A stretch of 64,000 nucleotides of DNA from Escherichia phage Ec_Makalu_001, in sequence record MN894885.1, one strand, 5' to 3'. The position numbers and the translations under genes are program-made. The first letter of the stretch is position 1. Each line of letters begins with the position of its first letter. This document shows, in pieces, positions 26,331 to 36,471 of this stretch. A model generated the notes under the pieces. It did not search any database. It was not told the DNA's origin and saw only the letters and a program-made list of their open reading frames with translations.

Positions 26331-26844
26331 TACCCTTCAAATCAGTCAGTAATGCTTTTGGAATACGCGTAACCGTAATGTCAGCTTTATCCAAAATATC
26401 AGCCCAATCACGCCCACCATTTCGATCATATGTGTCGCAATAGTATAGATGTTTAATTCCACTGTTTGCAATTGCTTTAGCGCAATCTGGACACGGTGAA
26501 GCCGTACACCACATACTAGCTCCTTCAATCGATACACCGCTACGGGCAGCAAACAAAATAGCATTTAATTCAGCATGGATCTCGTTTTTCTGTGACCATG
26601 CACTATGCTCTGGTCGTTTTTCTGGGATCATTTTACCTTCATCATCCAGCCAACCGCTTTTATGTGCATGACAGCTACAGTTTTCTTGTCCTGCTGGAGT
26701 ACCATTAAATCCAGTAGAAATGATTCGCCCGTCTTTTTCAATTAGTGCGCCTACCTTCCACGAAACACATTTAGAGTTCTTTGCGATCAGGTAGGCGATC
26801 TGCATGTAAGTTTGTGATAACATAATATAATCCTCACATATCAA
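26317..26844 (-). CDS. cd: dCMP deaminase
   Basis: 175 aa; zinc-binding deaminase motifs CSCHAH/HAELNA and SPCPDCAKAI. Confidence 0.85.
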   Translation of the reverse strand: MICEDYIMLSQTYMQIAYLIAKNSKCVSWKVGALIEKDGRIISTGFNGTPAGQENCSCHAHKSGWLDDEGKMIPEKRPEHSAWSQKNEIHAELNAILFAARSGVSIEGASMWCTASPCPDCAKAIANSGIKHLYYCDTYDRNGGRDWADILDKADITVTRIPKALLTDLKGIDND

Positions 26845-27048
26845 TTAACCGTATACGCGAAAGTATTCTACTGACCCGTCGCTATACTGTTTTACATTGA
26901 ATGTATTCACACCATGATTATTTCTCATGATGACATATAAACTACGACGTTCATCGCTAAACGGCATAACTGGTGCTGGTTCAATGTCAACATTAAAACC
27001 ACGTTTAGCAAGTGCTTCGCCTAATTTCTTGATTTTATCGGTAAACAT
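26845..27048 (-). CDS. hypothetical protein (67 aa)
   Basis: ORF abutting cd and pseT. Confidence 0.35.
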   Translation of the reverse strand: MFTDKIKKLGEALAKRGFNVDIEPAPVMPFSDERRSLYVIMRNNHGVNTFNVKQYSDGSVEYFRVYG

Positions 27049-27926
27049 TAAAAGTCTCCGTAGTTAACCTGAAAACATTCTACACCGATTGTGCGGTACA
27101 TGTCAACCACTTGGTCACGGTCATCCACTGCCAAAACAACATGATAACGTGGTGCAATTTCCGAGAAAAAGATCTCTTTCTTCACTTCATGATCTGGACG
27201 TCGATCATTAGTTTCACGCTGGAAGTGATCGCTAGGTTCAATACCCTGTTCACGCAACCATTGCAGCGTATCTTCTTCGCAAACATCCTCACGCCCTGAG
27301 CATGTAATGATACGATAACCATTATCACGATACAGTTTAAGCATTTCGATCACTTGCGGACGCGGTTTATCTTCTTTGACCTTTGTCCAGTCAAACGGAT
27401 GACGACCGCCCTTATCCGCTAATGTTCCATCAATATCAAAGATCACTGCCTTTGGCAGCATGGTATTCGGTTTGTATACTTCTTGACCCATATATTCCTG
27501 CATCAGATAAAATTGGTTACGCAAATGAGATAGCGGAATTGCTTTCTCGCCGCGATAGAAATTACGTTTCTTTAGTGTCTCAAACGGTTCATTGAACACT
27601 TGTTCAGTATACACCGCATTAAATTCTTTTGCAAGTTCTTTGTAGAATACACGATGTTTTTCTTTCAGGTTGGTATCAGAGATAATGATACTCAATCCGC
27701 GTGATAGAGTCTCGCGAGCAATCATTCTCTGAACAGACTCTACCAGCTTTTCCTTTTCCTTAGTATATTTGTATTTCAAAGGTGAGTCAACACCAAACAA
27801 CATAAGACGAAGATCATCACGATTCACATTACGATAATTACTAAACCGTTTACACGTTTCCATAGCCCATGTAGTTTTACCGGACCCAGAACAACCAACG
27901 GTTAAAATCACTTCACATTTCGGCAT
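27048..27926 (-). CDS. pseT: polynucleotide 5'-kinase / 3'-phosphatase
   Basis: 292 aa; strong similarity to T4 Pnk (P-loop GCSGSGKTTWA; phosphatase motif VIFDIDGTLA; C-terminus GVECFQV). Confidence 0.9.
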   Translation of the reverse strand: MPKCEVILTVGCSGSGKTTWAMETCKRFSNYRNVNRDDLRLMLFGVDSPLKYKYTKEKEKLVESVQRMIARETLSRGLSIIISDTNLKEKHRVFYKELAKEFNAVYTEQVFNEPFETLKKRNFYRGEKAIPLSHLRNQFYLMQEYMGQEVYKPNTMLPKAVIFDIDGTLADKGGRHPFDWTKVKEDKPRPQVIEMLKLYRDNGYRIITCSGREDVCEEDTLQWLREQGIEPSDHFQRETNDRRPDHEVKKEIFFSEIAPRYHVVLAVDDRDQVVDMYRTIGVECFQVNYGDF

Positions 27927-28378
27927 TATTTCTCCTTCGGTTTACACCGTTCCTCATTGAGTTCTTTGCGATAATAACACATGATCAACTTACTTTCAAG
28001 TGTATATCTCTTAATATCAGCCAACCAGACTCTAAATTTTTGGGAGTCCTCCCATGACATAGAAACTCTAGGCTTACCGTCTATTGTATCCACATTCAGG
28101 TCAATGTCAACTTTTTCTATTGGTGCTGGTAGTGGTGGATGTAATTTCGGTTCCTGTGAATAATGGTCCAGTGTACACGAAGAAAGAGCAAATACAATAG
28201 GCACAGCGAAGACATGGATTATGGCGGTCTGAAAATTCTTATGTGTTTTCTTAAATATCCAGTGTATCACGAAAATTGAAAACACCATCAGGATAATAAT
28301 GCTTGCACCTATCCACAGATAATCAACCAGATTAAAATTGCTTATCTGCTCTTGCGTAGGCAATATTTCTATGCTCAT
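27926..28378 (-). CDS. membrane protein (one N-terminal TM helix)
   Basis: 150 aa; hydrophobic segment LWIGASIIILMVFSIFVIHWIF. Confidence 0.45.
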   Translation of the reverse strand: MSIEILPTQEQISNFNLVDYLWIGASIIILMVFSIFVIHWIFKKTHKNFQTAIIHVFAVPIVFALSSCTLDHYSQEPKLHPPLPAPIEKVDIDLNVDTIDGKPRVSMSWEDSQKFRVWLADIKRYTLESKLIMCYYRKELNEERCKPKEK

Positions 28379-28698
28379 TTAGTAGCCTCCTTTAATTCTT
28401 CGGTAAACTCCTTAAATGAGTCATTAAGCTGTTTCTCTACCAACTTGGGTTTTTGTGCTACTACATAGCCTCGTGTAGCGTCTTTCATTGCTTTGTTTTG
28501 TTCTTCTGCAAACTTAGTTCTTATTCCGTACATATCCTTTTGTAGTGAGTCTACGACCTTCATCTTTTCATCTGTCTTTTTCTTATACTCTGTAAATTCC
28601 TGATTCAGTCGATCTACCTCCTTTTTATTTTCCCACCACATATTGCCACCTACCCCCAGCAACACAGATATGATAACAATGTATATCAGCTTTGACAT
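28375..28698 (-). CDS. membrane-anchored coiled-coil protein
   Basis: Start assigned to internal ATG 28696-28698 (MSKLIYIVIISVLLGVGG...). Confidence 0.4.
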   Translation of the reverse strand: MSKLIYIVIISVLLGVGGNMWWENKKEVDRLNQEFTEYKKKTDEKMKVVDSLQKDMYGIRTKFAEEQNKAMKDATRGYVVAQKPKLVEKQLNDSFKEFTEELKEATK

Positions 28699-28742
28699 AT
28701 TACCCCCAACGACAAAAGGCGGGGAACTAGCCCCGCTTATTA

Positions 28743-29912
28743 TTACCAATCAATCTTATCAGCCGGAATAAGTTTCTTATAATTCCGTAGATAGTAAGTT
28801 TTCATTGAATCCAGAATACGGTCATAATCAAGGCCATCAAATGCAATCATCAGACACATGAAAATATATGCTTGTGCATCACCATGTTTACGTGATTCGA
28901 TAGTCGCATTTGATGCATATGTCTTTCTGTCTTCTCCAGCGTGTGCGTTATAAAATTCTGTTGCTGTCGTGAAGGCATTGCGAAGAATAGACCTGAATGC
29001 TTCCTCGAATAGCTCGATTCGTTCCAGTGCTCCCGGTTCGCCTTCATATGCAGCACGCAAATCATCGGTTTCGCTTTCTACGACATAGTAGATCAAGTTA
29101 TTAGGAAACATCGATGTATTTTTAATGTTATGCACACCAATATACCATTCACTTTTCACCTTGAACATCTGTCCGTCTTTGGTTCGTGCAACAATTCCTT
29201 CGATACCTTCTGCGGTCCGAACTTCGTCAAGAATATTGCCAAAACGCGCTGAATCAACCTGTAACGCATTTACCAGATGAGGACGTAGGATTGCGTCAGC
29301 AAATAGCATTTGATGCGGTACGTACTCTCCTGTGACGTTATGGCGTACATTCAGAAGTGTTAGCGACGGTTCAGAATATTCTACAACAATTCGGTTGCTG
29401 GGTGCTGTATATTCAAAGTTGAAAGTATAATCAGATCCAATATCGGCGATCTTAGCACGTAGTTCCGCATACTTCTCTGAATACAGAAGACCGTTTGCTC
29501 TCTCTGCCTGGCTTGAGTACAAGGCCGCTTTAGACTTCAACTGAACATAGCCGTTATCAATGTATGTGCTTACTAGACTACCGTCCATTTTGTCCATGAC
29601 CATTTCCACATCTTCCGGCTTAAAGCGAGCGCGATCATTCTCGCCTAAATTAAAAAACTTCTCCATAGGACGAGATGCAATGCGGACCGGACGACCTTTA
29701 TCGTCAATTTCAAACATGATCCCGCGACACTCTAACGCATCTGGTTTATTCCACATTTCCGGTTTGCTCAAGTACAGATAGCTAAAAATGCGCATACGGG
29801 TTTGCATCGCCGTAATTTCATCTTTGTAATAGAACGTATCAGATCCGTCACATAGTGCCATCAGATTTTTGAACAATGCTAAAACTTTTTTGTTGTTTTC
29901 TTTTGTTGACAT
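28743..29912 (-). CDS. rnlA: RNA ligase 1
   Basis: 389 aa; strong similarity to T4 Rnl1 (DALECRGIMFE, RIASRPMEKFFNL, KxDGSLVS). Confidence 0.85.
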   Translation of the reverse strand: MSTKENNKKVLALFKNLMALCDGSDTFYYKDEITAMQTRMRIFSYLYLSKPEMWNKPDALECRGIMFEIDDKGRPVRIASRPMEKFFNLGENDRARFKPEDVEMVMDKMDGSLVSTYIDNGYVQLKSKAALYSSQAERANGLLYSEKYAELRAKIADIGSDYTFNFEYTAPSNRIVVEYSEPSLTLLNVRHNVTGEYVPHQMLFADAILRPHLVNALQVDSARFGNILDEVRTAEGIEGIVARTKDGQMFKVKSEWYIGVHNIKNTSMFPNNLIYYVVESETDDLRAAYEGEPGALERIELFEEAFRSILRNAFTTATEFYNAHAGEDRKTYASNATIESRKHGDAQAYIFMCLMIAFDGLDYDRILDSMKTYYLRNYKKLIPADKIDW

Positions 29913-30309
29913 AATTTGTGTTCCATTCTGGTTTAAATTTGGTGATCAAAACAGGTTCTTCGATATCGGCAGTGCTTATAATATCCTTACCCGTTGGATT
30001 CTCAATATATAACTCAAAGCACTGGCGGTAATAGAATGTTACTGTCTTACCTTCCTCTAGCGCCTTATGAATATTCTTACTCTTGCGAGTATCCGCTGTT
30101 GGTGTTTGTCTGTTAATGCTAGTCCGATAATAATTGATCCTCTTTCTGAGATTGACAGTCTGACCAATGTATACCAGTTCATCATCAACCGCAATAGCGT
30201 AAAGAACGTTTAAACGGTTCTTCTGAGGAGGCAGAATCACATCACCATCTTTACACTCTAAACATGAATATTTAACGAATCCATAGTTTTCTATTAGCTC
30301 ATTAACCAT
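29848..30309 (-). CDS. denA: endonuclease II (GIY-YIG family)
   Basis: 153 aa; near-identical core to T4 DenA (NVLYAIAVDDELVYIGQTVNLRKRINYYRT). Confidence 0.85.
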   Translation of the reverse strand: MVNELIENYGFVKYSCLECKDGDVILPPQKNRLNVLYAIAVDDELVYIGQTVNLRKRINYYRTSINRQTPTADTRKSKNIHKALEEGKTVTFYYRQCFELYIENPTGKDIISTADIEEPVLITKFKPEWNTNYVNKRKQQKSFSIVQKSDGTM

Positions 30310-30359
30310 TATCCTTTCCTCACGTCACAACAAAGGCGGGATTTCTCCCGCCCACCTTA

Positions 30360-30758
30360 TTAACTTTCCAGAATATCGCGAGCTTCGTTACGCTCCTTGA
30401 TGATTTTCAGGACAAATTCCAGTTTTTCTTTGTTTAGTGTTCCGTTTTCCATTGCTTCTTTGACGGTAAACACTCCGCCACCTTGCCCGTATACAGTGAC
30501 AGTGATTTCACCTAACATCGTGGTATGAAAACCTCCAATTTTCGGTGATTCGAAAGAAACAATTACCTCGCGGACAGTATTACCGTCGTTGATTTCTGAG
30601 AGGGTAATGTCGTTTTTGTAGGCGGTTGCTTTAACCATACGGATCAACATAGTCTGATCTGGGGAGATGGTCATTTTGTCCATTGCATGTTGCAATGCAG
30701 CGTAACCGAAAACTTTAACGAAGTCCAGAACGTCTTTGCGAGTTTGAAATTTAATCAT
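30360..30758 (-). CDS. hypothetical protein (132 aa)
   Basis: ORF with RBS; promoter-like motif upstream; hairpin terminator downstream. Confidence 0.45.
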   Translation of the reverse strand: MIKFQTRKDVLDFVKVFGYAALQHAMDKMTISPDQTMLIRMVKATAYKNDITLSEINDGNTVREVIVSFESPKIGGFHTTMLGEITVTVYGQGGGVFTVKEAMENGTLNKEKLEFVLKIIKERNEARDILES

Positions 30759-30828
30759 CTTGATACTCCTTAGTTGTTTTGGGATGGGAGTATCTTACTA
30801 CTCCCGTGATATGCTGTCAACTGCTTTT

Positions 30829-30978
30829 TTATGCAACCGCAAACATCAACATTTGAACATTCTTGGCTGTCTGGCTTTCAAAGTTCTGACATTCTTTGAT
30901 AATGTCCTCTACTTTCTCGCCGGAGATCTCCGCGTAAGTTTCGATTGCCATTTTCAGTACCGCGTCAAAGTTGTTCAT
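30829..30978 (-). CDS. hypothetical protein (49 aa)
   Basis: Manual ORF; GGAGAATCA RBS; promoter-like motif upstream. Confidence 0.25.
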   Translation of the reverse strand: MNNFDAVLKMAIETYAEISGEKVEDIIKECQNFESQTAKNVQMLMFAVA

Positions 30979-31045
30979 TTGATTCTCCTTAAAGTGTATT
31001 TCGTTTCGATGGGGGTATATTACTACCCCCGTTTCATGCTGTCAA

Positions 31046-31264
31046 CTACTTTTTAATGACAAGTTCGAATTTTGCTACCTTGCGTCCTCGTTTATTGAAA
31101 GCAACCCACGGACGGTTTTCAATGTAGAACAATTCTTCGCCAATAATGAATACTGGCTGATTGTAAAGGCGACCCATCAGGTCACGCTGGCGAATGGTAT
31201 TAGATTCGTATACTTCGCCTACTACAAAGTGCTTGCTGATAGAGTCGGTGCAAGTAAATTTCAT
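31046..31264 (-). CDS. hypothetical protein (72 aa)
   Basis: ORF with GGAGAATCA RBS and promoter-like motif. Confidence 0.4.
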   Translation of the reverse strand: MKFTCTDSISKHFVVGEVYESNTIRQRDLMGRLYNQPVFIIGEELFYIENRPWVAFNKRGRKVAKFELVIKK

Positions 31265-31333
31265 TTTGATTCTCCTTTGTTTCGTTTCGATGGGAGTATC
31301 TTACAACTCCCAATATTCAGTGTCAACTGCTTT

Positions 31334-31552
31334 TTACTTGTTGTATTCATTCCACCAACGAGTAAGTTTATCGATTATTTTTGTGTTTCTATCCAATTTC
31401 TCCCACCGTTTACGCGGGTTTATAAGCCGGAATAGGTAGGGTGTACTTGTTAAGTGAACTCGGTCAAAATAATGGTTGATAAGCTGGCATTCAATTCTCA
31501 ATTTCATCTTTTTACGATGAAAATATGCAATTACTTGTTCTTCTGTTTCCAT
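31334..31552 (-). CDS. hypothetical protein (72 aa)
   Basis: ORF with RBS and promoter-like motif. Confidence 0.35.
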   Translation of the reverse strand: METEEQVIAYFHRKKMKLRIECQLINHYFDRVHLTSTPYLFRLINPRKRWEKLDRNTKIIDKLTRWWNEYNK

Positions 31553-31652
31553 ATGTTCCTCCGTTTCGATGCGTGCATTATGCTATGGCAAGATCCGATT
31601 GTCAACACCCAATAACAAAAAAGTCGCCACTATGGGCGACTTAGGTTAAACA

Positions 31653-32129
31653 TTAATCATGACCGTGGTTGGCAAGATCCGCTCGTGTCTTATCTTTGTG
31701 ATTTCCTACGTCAAAGACACGATAGCCGTTTTCTCGGAGAACTTTAATCACTTCTGGGTTATCCTCAAAGACTCCCACCACTTCATCTTTATCAAATGAT
31801 TTAATTACCTCTAATTTGATGTGATAGTCTTTACGGGAATCGGTACGGCCTCTCATAAAGATTTTATCAAAACGCACCCCGTTAGAAATTAACCAATCAA
31901 TTGTTTCCATGTAAGCATGTGAACTTCGTCCGGTGAGGATGTAAATCAAATGACCGTTGTCCGAAAGAGCATTGATAACACGAATTACATCGTAAATGGG
32001 GGAATCTCCCCCACATGCCTTGTTATATTCGATCCATGACTCGACTTTATCAAGATTTTCGGTTGGCATCTTTGCTAGTCGATGCGTTGGATCTGTGATC
32101 GTAAAATCTAAATCGACAAAATATATCAT
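31653..32129 (-). CDS. HAD-like phosphatase
   Basis: 158 aa; N-terminal DxD-type motif FVDLDFTIT and GR-type motif ILTGRS; coupled to nrdB. Confidence 0.45.
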   Translation of the reverse strand: MIYFVDLDFTITDPTHRLAKMPTENLDKVESWIEYNKACGGDSPIYDVIRVINALSDNGHLIYILTGRSSHAYMETIDWLISNGVRFDKIFMRGRTDSRKDYHIKLEVIKSFDKDEVVGVFEDNPEVIKVLRENGYRVFDVGNHKDKTRADLANHGHD

Positions 32130-33286
32130 AGATATTTCCCGAATCGGTTGTAGTCGTCGTCTGTTAAATCGGTATTAACCTGAGATACCAGATACATAAT
32201 CTCTACTTCTTGCGCCGCGTTTTGAACTTCGTCAGAGTTTAACCACTTACGCATCCACGGTAAAGGATGACGACGAACACTAAACGGGCTTTTCAGTCCG
32301 GCAGCACGCATACGGGAATCTGCCAGGTATTCTACATAGGTTTTCAGAATTTCCGGTGACAGGTTAGGAATTGCCCCCATTGCGAATAAGTGATCTACCC
32401 ATTCTTTTTCTTGCTCGACAACATCCAGAAAGATTTTCGTTGCTTCGTCTTCAAGTTCTTCCGCAATCTGTTTCCACTCATCACCATCAGCCCCCGTTTG
32501 CCATTGACGAATAATGTATTGTGTTCCTTTTAAGTGAAGTTGTTCATCACGCGCAATAAATTTCATGATCTTCGCGTTACCTTCCAGTAAACCACGTTCG
32601 GCAAAGCTGAAAGTACATGCAAAGGACACATAAAAACGGATTGCTTCCAAAGCATTAACGCAGTGTGCACACAGATAAATCGACGCCATCAGATCTCGTT
32701 TTGTATCTTCAAAAACTCTTCTTGCATCATCTAATGCTGTCTGGTCGTCTCGTTCTTCCCAATAGCGGAGATCTTCTTTTGCGTTCTCATACTTACGAAT
32801 CCAATAAAGAACATCATCATAATATTGCCCGATAGATTCCGCTCGCTTCATGATAGCAGGGTTATCGATGATCTGGTCAAACTCACTAGCCGGATCAATG
32901 AAACAGTTACGCATAATGTGAGTATAACTGCGGCTATGAATTGTCTCGCTGAATGTCCAGGTTTGTAACCATGTATCGAGAGTTGGATCAGATACAATTG
33001 GACCAAATGCTGCGGACGGTGCGCGACCTTGAATAGAATCAAGTAATGTCTGATACTTCAAGTTTTCTGTAAAGAAACGTTTTTCAACATCGCCCATATT
33101 CAGATATTGAATGCGGTCGGTTGCAAGTGAAATCTCTTCTGGACGCCAGAAAAATGACAGAGATTTTTCAATTAATTCTTCAAATACTTGATGACGCTGA
33201 ATGTCATAGCGAGCAATCCCTAAATCACTACCCAGAAACATTGGTTCGTTCATAATATCAACATGTTCGCGGTTAAATACGCTCAT
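32126..33286 (-). CDS. nrdB: ribonucleotide reductase small subunit (class Ia beta)
   Basis: 386 aa; di-iron ligand regions and C-terminal tail typical of NrdB; uninterrupted ORF. Confidence 0.9.
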   Translation of the reverse strand: MSVFNREHVDIMNEPMFLGSDLGIARYDIQRHQVFEELIEKSLSFFWRPEEISLATDRIQYLNMGDVEKRFFTENLKYQTLLDSIQGRAPSAAFGPIVSDPTLDTWLQTWTFSETIHSRSYTHIMRNCFIDPASEFDQIIDNPAIMKRAESIGQYYDDVLYWIRKYENAKEDLRYWEERDDQTALDDARRVFEDTKRDLMASIYLCAHCVNALEAIRFYVSFACTFSFAERGLLEGNAKIMKFIARDEQLHLKGTQYIIRQWQTGADGDEWKQIAEELEDEATKIFLDVVEQEKEWVDHLFAMGAIPNLSPEILKTYVEYLADSRMRAAGLKSPFSVRRHPLPWMRKWLNSDEVQNAAQEVEIMYLVSQVNTDLTDDDYNRFGKYL

Positions 33287-33301
33287 TAATTCACCTCACT
33301 A

Positions 33302-33469
33302 TCACTTTTTAATACAAAAGAACTTAGTATTTCTGTTTATGTCTCTATCCTGTTGCAATTCCTGCATGGCTTCAAAACAACTTTGATGTGATGAAAACTC
33401 TACGCTGGTAACAGTTCCTTTATTATATACCCCGACACTAACGGAAAGCAATAACCATAATGTAGCCAT
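33302..33469 (-). CDS. small hydrophobic-N-terminus protein (55 aa), tandem paralogue 1
   Basis: Manual ORF MATLWLLLSVSVGVYNKG...; TAATG start/stop overlap with paralogue 2. Confidence 0.35.
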   Translation of the reverse strand: MATLWLLLSVSVGVYNKGTVTSVEFSSHQSCFEAMQELQQDRDINRNTKFFCIKK

Positions 33470-33642
33470 TAGTTCACCTTCTGCTTTTCAATGCAATACA
33501 GATTCATAAAGCGTTTATTGTCTTCGCGGATAATCTCGCGAGCTTTAACGCAATCCTGCTTTGTTGCAAACTCAATGCTTGACATATTTCCGTAATTATA
33601 CATTGAATTGCTTATTGCAATCAATAACCATACAGTAGCCAT
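33469..33642 (-). CDS. small hydrophobic-N-terminus protein (57 aa), tandem paralogue 2
   Basis: Manual ORF MATVWLLIAISNSMYNYG...; TAATG overlap with upstream 76-aa ORF. Confidence 0.35.
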   Translation of the reverse strand: MATVWLLIAISNSMYNYGNMSSIEFATKQDCVKAREIIREDNKRFMNLYCIEKQKVN

Positions 33643-33872
33643 TATCCGACAACCTCAAAACATTTATCATCAGGAAGAATAGCCCATTCTACGCCGTATT
33701 CATCCTTAACGTAGTAGCAAGTCCCATCATGTCGAGCATCATATTCATCACCGACAACAAAGCTATCAGCTAGCTCAAAATCTACAGCAACACATTTTAA
33801 TTTTGCCATAATAAAATCCTCATTTGTTTTTGATGGTTGCATTATAGCGGGGATTTCTCCCCGCGTCAACAC
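33642..33872 (-). CDS. hypothetical protein (76 aa)
   Basis: ORF with promoter (TTGACG - palindromic spacer - TATAAT) at ~33845-33875. Confidence 0.4.
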   Translation of the reverse strand: MLTRGEIPAIMQPSKTNEDFIMAKLKCVAVDFELADSFVVGDEYDARHDGTCYYVKDEYGVEWAILPDDKCFEVVG

Positions 33873-33877
33873 TTATT

Positions 33878-36121
33878 TTACAGTTTGCAAGATGAACATT
33901 CGCTAGCGTCTTCCGTACCATCAGCACCATCACGCACGTTAGCGTAATACAGTGTCTTGAGGCCGTAATATTGAGCAAACAGCATATCATCTAACACATC
34001 AGCAATATCGACTTTACCAGTCTTATAAGTGCTTGGATCGTAGGATGTATTGGAACTAATCGCCTGATCTACAAACTTCTGCATGATCGCTGCCAGTGTC
34101 AGATAAGGTTTGTTACCTTTCTTGATCAGTGTCCAAAGCAGGTCAATAACATCAGCATTATTCTCTACGTTCGGAATAACCTGATTAAATTGTCCTTCCT
34201 TTGATCCTTTAACCGATACAATCCCGCGAGGCGGTTCTATTCCATTGGTGCTATTAGATACCTGAGAAGACGACTCACAAGGCATCAGCGCCGATAGTGT
34301 ACTGTTACGAATGCCATATTTTTTCAGGTCTTCGCGCAGTTCTTCCCAATCCATCTCATACACCGGGTCAACCAGTTCATCTACTGTCTTTTTGTACCAG
34401 TCAATAGGAAGTTCACCGCGACCATAACGTGTTTCGTGCATCAGTTCGCAAGCGCCCTTCTCTTTTGCTAGCTGCACACTAGCTTTAATCAGAGCATATT
34501 GCAAGCGTTCAAACGTTTTATGCGTAAACTCGTTAGCGTCTTCATATGTGAAGAAATTATCCGCCAGATATGATGCAAAGTTAGTCACACCAACACCCAG
34601 AGAGCGACGTTTCTTAGCTGTCAGTGCTTGTTTTACAGGATAATCCTGATAATCTAACAGGTTATCAAGTGCACGCACCATAACCATAGCGATCCGCTCT
34701 ACTTCTTCCATGTTTTCGATATCGAAATTACCTAAAACATATGCTGCCAAAGTGCATAGGCTGATCTCTGAATCATCACGACCCATCGGTTTTGTCGGCA
34801 GAGCGATTTCACAACACAGGTTAGATTGTTTAATCGGTGCTACATTACGAATAAACGCCCCGTGATTGTTCATGTTGTCTGTGAACGCTGGATAGATTCG
34901 ACCAGTGTTAAAACGTTCAATTGCCACCGCTAAAAACAGGTCTTCGGCTTTAACACGAGTTTTACGAACACTCGGATCTTTTTCCAGTTTTTCATAAAGC
35001 TGGCGGAATCCTTCCTCATCTCGGAAGTACAGATCCCACAACAAGCCACCCGCAACATCTGGACTAAACAGAGTAATGTAATCACGTTTAAGGAATCGCT
35101 CTACCATCAGGTTATTAATCTGTACGCCGTAATCAAGATGACGAATGCGGTTATCTTCTACCCCTTTGTTGTTCTTCAACACAATAAGACTTTCAAACTC
35201 TAAATGCCACATTGGGTAATAGAGAGTCGCCGCCCCGCCACGAATACCGCCTTGTGAGCATGACTTAACGGCAGTCTGAAAATGTTTCCAGAATGGGATA
35301 ACGCCAGTATGACGAACTTCACCATGCCCGATCTTAGATCCTTCCGCTCGAATCATACCAGCATTGATACCGATACCAGCACGCTTACTAATATACTTGA
35401 TGATTGCATTTGCTGTTTCGTTGATGCCCTGCAATGAGTCATCACTTTCAATCACCACACACGAACTAAATTGTCGTGTTGGAGTACGCACACCAGCCAT
35501 AATCGGAGTAGGCAGAGAAATTTGCTTATTCGCAACAGCATTATAAAAATCAATCACATGTTCAAGTCGATTTTCTGTCTCTTCTTGATGTAAGCACATA
35601 CCGATCAGCATATAAGCAAATTGCGGTGTTTCAATGATTTTCTTAGTGCTGCGATCCTGAACAAGATATTTCTCTTTTAACTGCATTGCACCAGCATAGG
35701 TCATTTTAAAGTCAAGTTTATGGTCGATGAATTTCTCCAGATATTCCACTTCTTCACGGGAATACTTTTGCAGAATTTCGCGATCATATTTTCCGGTTGC
35801 AATATTACGCTCAATATGGCTGTAAAAATCAATTGGTTGGAATTGACCGTATACTGATTTACGAAGCGCGAACATTGCAAGGTTACTTGCTACATATTGA
35901 TAATCAGGTGTTTCTACAGTAATGTTATCTGCGGCGACCTTAATCAATACTTTCTGGATATCGTTAGTAGACATACCTTCTGTCAGAAGTGGTTCAACCA
36001 TATCAAACAATTCATATGGATCAACGTTATGACCTTCGGCTGCCGCTTCCAGAATTTTCATTACTTTTTCTCTTTCAAACGGAACAGTCAGACCGGAAGA
36101 CTTAACAACATTTTTAATCAT
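33878..36121 (-). CDS. nrdA: ribonucleotide reductase large subunit (class Ia alpha)
   Basis: 747 aa; catalytic NLCCEIALP region, C-terminal CSSC-type tail. Confidence 0.9.
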   Translation of the reverse strand: MIKNVVKSSGLTVPFEREKVMKILEAAAEGHNVDPYELFDMVEPLLTEGMSTNDIQKVLIKVAADNITVETPDYQYVASNLAMFALRKSVYGQFQPIDFYSHIERNIATGKYDREILQKYSREEVEYLEKFIDHKLDFKMTYAGAMQLKEKYLVQDRSTKKIIETPQFAYMLIGMCLHQEETENRLEHVIDFYNAVANKQISLPTPIMAGVRTPTRQFSSCVVIESDDSLQGINETANAIIKYISKRAGIGINAGMIRAEGSKIGHGEVRHTGVIPFWKHFQTAVKSCSQGGIRGGAATLYYPMWHLEFESLIVLKNNKGVEDNRIRHLDYGVQINNLMVERFLKRDYITLFSPDVAGGLLWDLYFRDEEGFRQLYEKLEKDPSVRKTRVKAEDLFLAVAIERFNTGRIYPAFTDNMNNHGAFIRNVAPIKQSNLCCEIALPTKPMGRDDSEISLCTLAAYVLGNFDIENMEEVERIAMVMVRALDNLLDYQDYPVKQALTAKKRRSLGVGVTNFASYLADNFFTYEDANEFTHKTFERLQYALIKASVQLAKEKGACELMHETRYGRGELPIDWYKKTVDELVDPVYEMDWEELREDLKKYGIRNSTLSALMPCESSSQVSNSTNGIEPPRGIVSVKGSKEGQFNQVIPNVENNADVIDLLWTLIKKGNKPYLTLAAIMQKFVDQAISSNTSYDPSTYKTGKVDIADVLDDMLFAQYYGLKTLYYANVRDGADGTEDASECSSCKL

Positions 36122-36132
36122 ATTACCTCACT

Positions 36133-36435
36133 TCATATATCAAGCGTATTTTCTGGAGTATCGCCGAAAACTCTATTAACGAGATCCGCCAATACTTCAC
36201 CGTGGCATTTCTTAGGGTAGCAAGTACAACCTAAGCGCATATGTCTTAATACTTCTAAATGCGCCCGTGTTATCTCACCATTTCGAATCTTATTATACAA
36301 CCACTCTTTGTATAATGCAATAGCTTTCTCTCGTCCGTATTCTTTGGCGGTGTATGGATTTCCCCACATAGTACCACGCTGAATATTAACATCAAAATCG
36401 CTATTGTATTTGTTTACAACGCGGCATATTTTCAT
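36133..36435 (-). CDS. hypothetical protein (100 aa)
   Basis: ORF between td and nrdA; Cys/His cluster CTCYPKKCH. Confidence 0.4.
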   Translation of the reverse strand: MKICRVVNKYNSDFDVNIQRGTMWGNPYTAKEYGREKAIALYKEWLYNKIRNGEITRAHLEVLRHMRLGCTCYPKKCHGEVLADLVNRVFGDTPENTLDI

Positions 36436-36471
36436 TTGATACTCCTTGCGGGGATTCCTCCCCGCATTTGT

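Noticed and set aside
32126-33286. Intron in nrdB, as T4 has with I-TevIII
   Set aside because: ORF is uninterrupted at about the expected length (386 aa).
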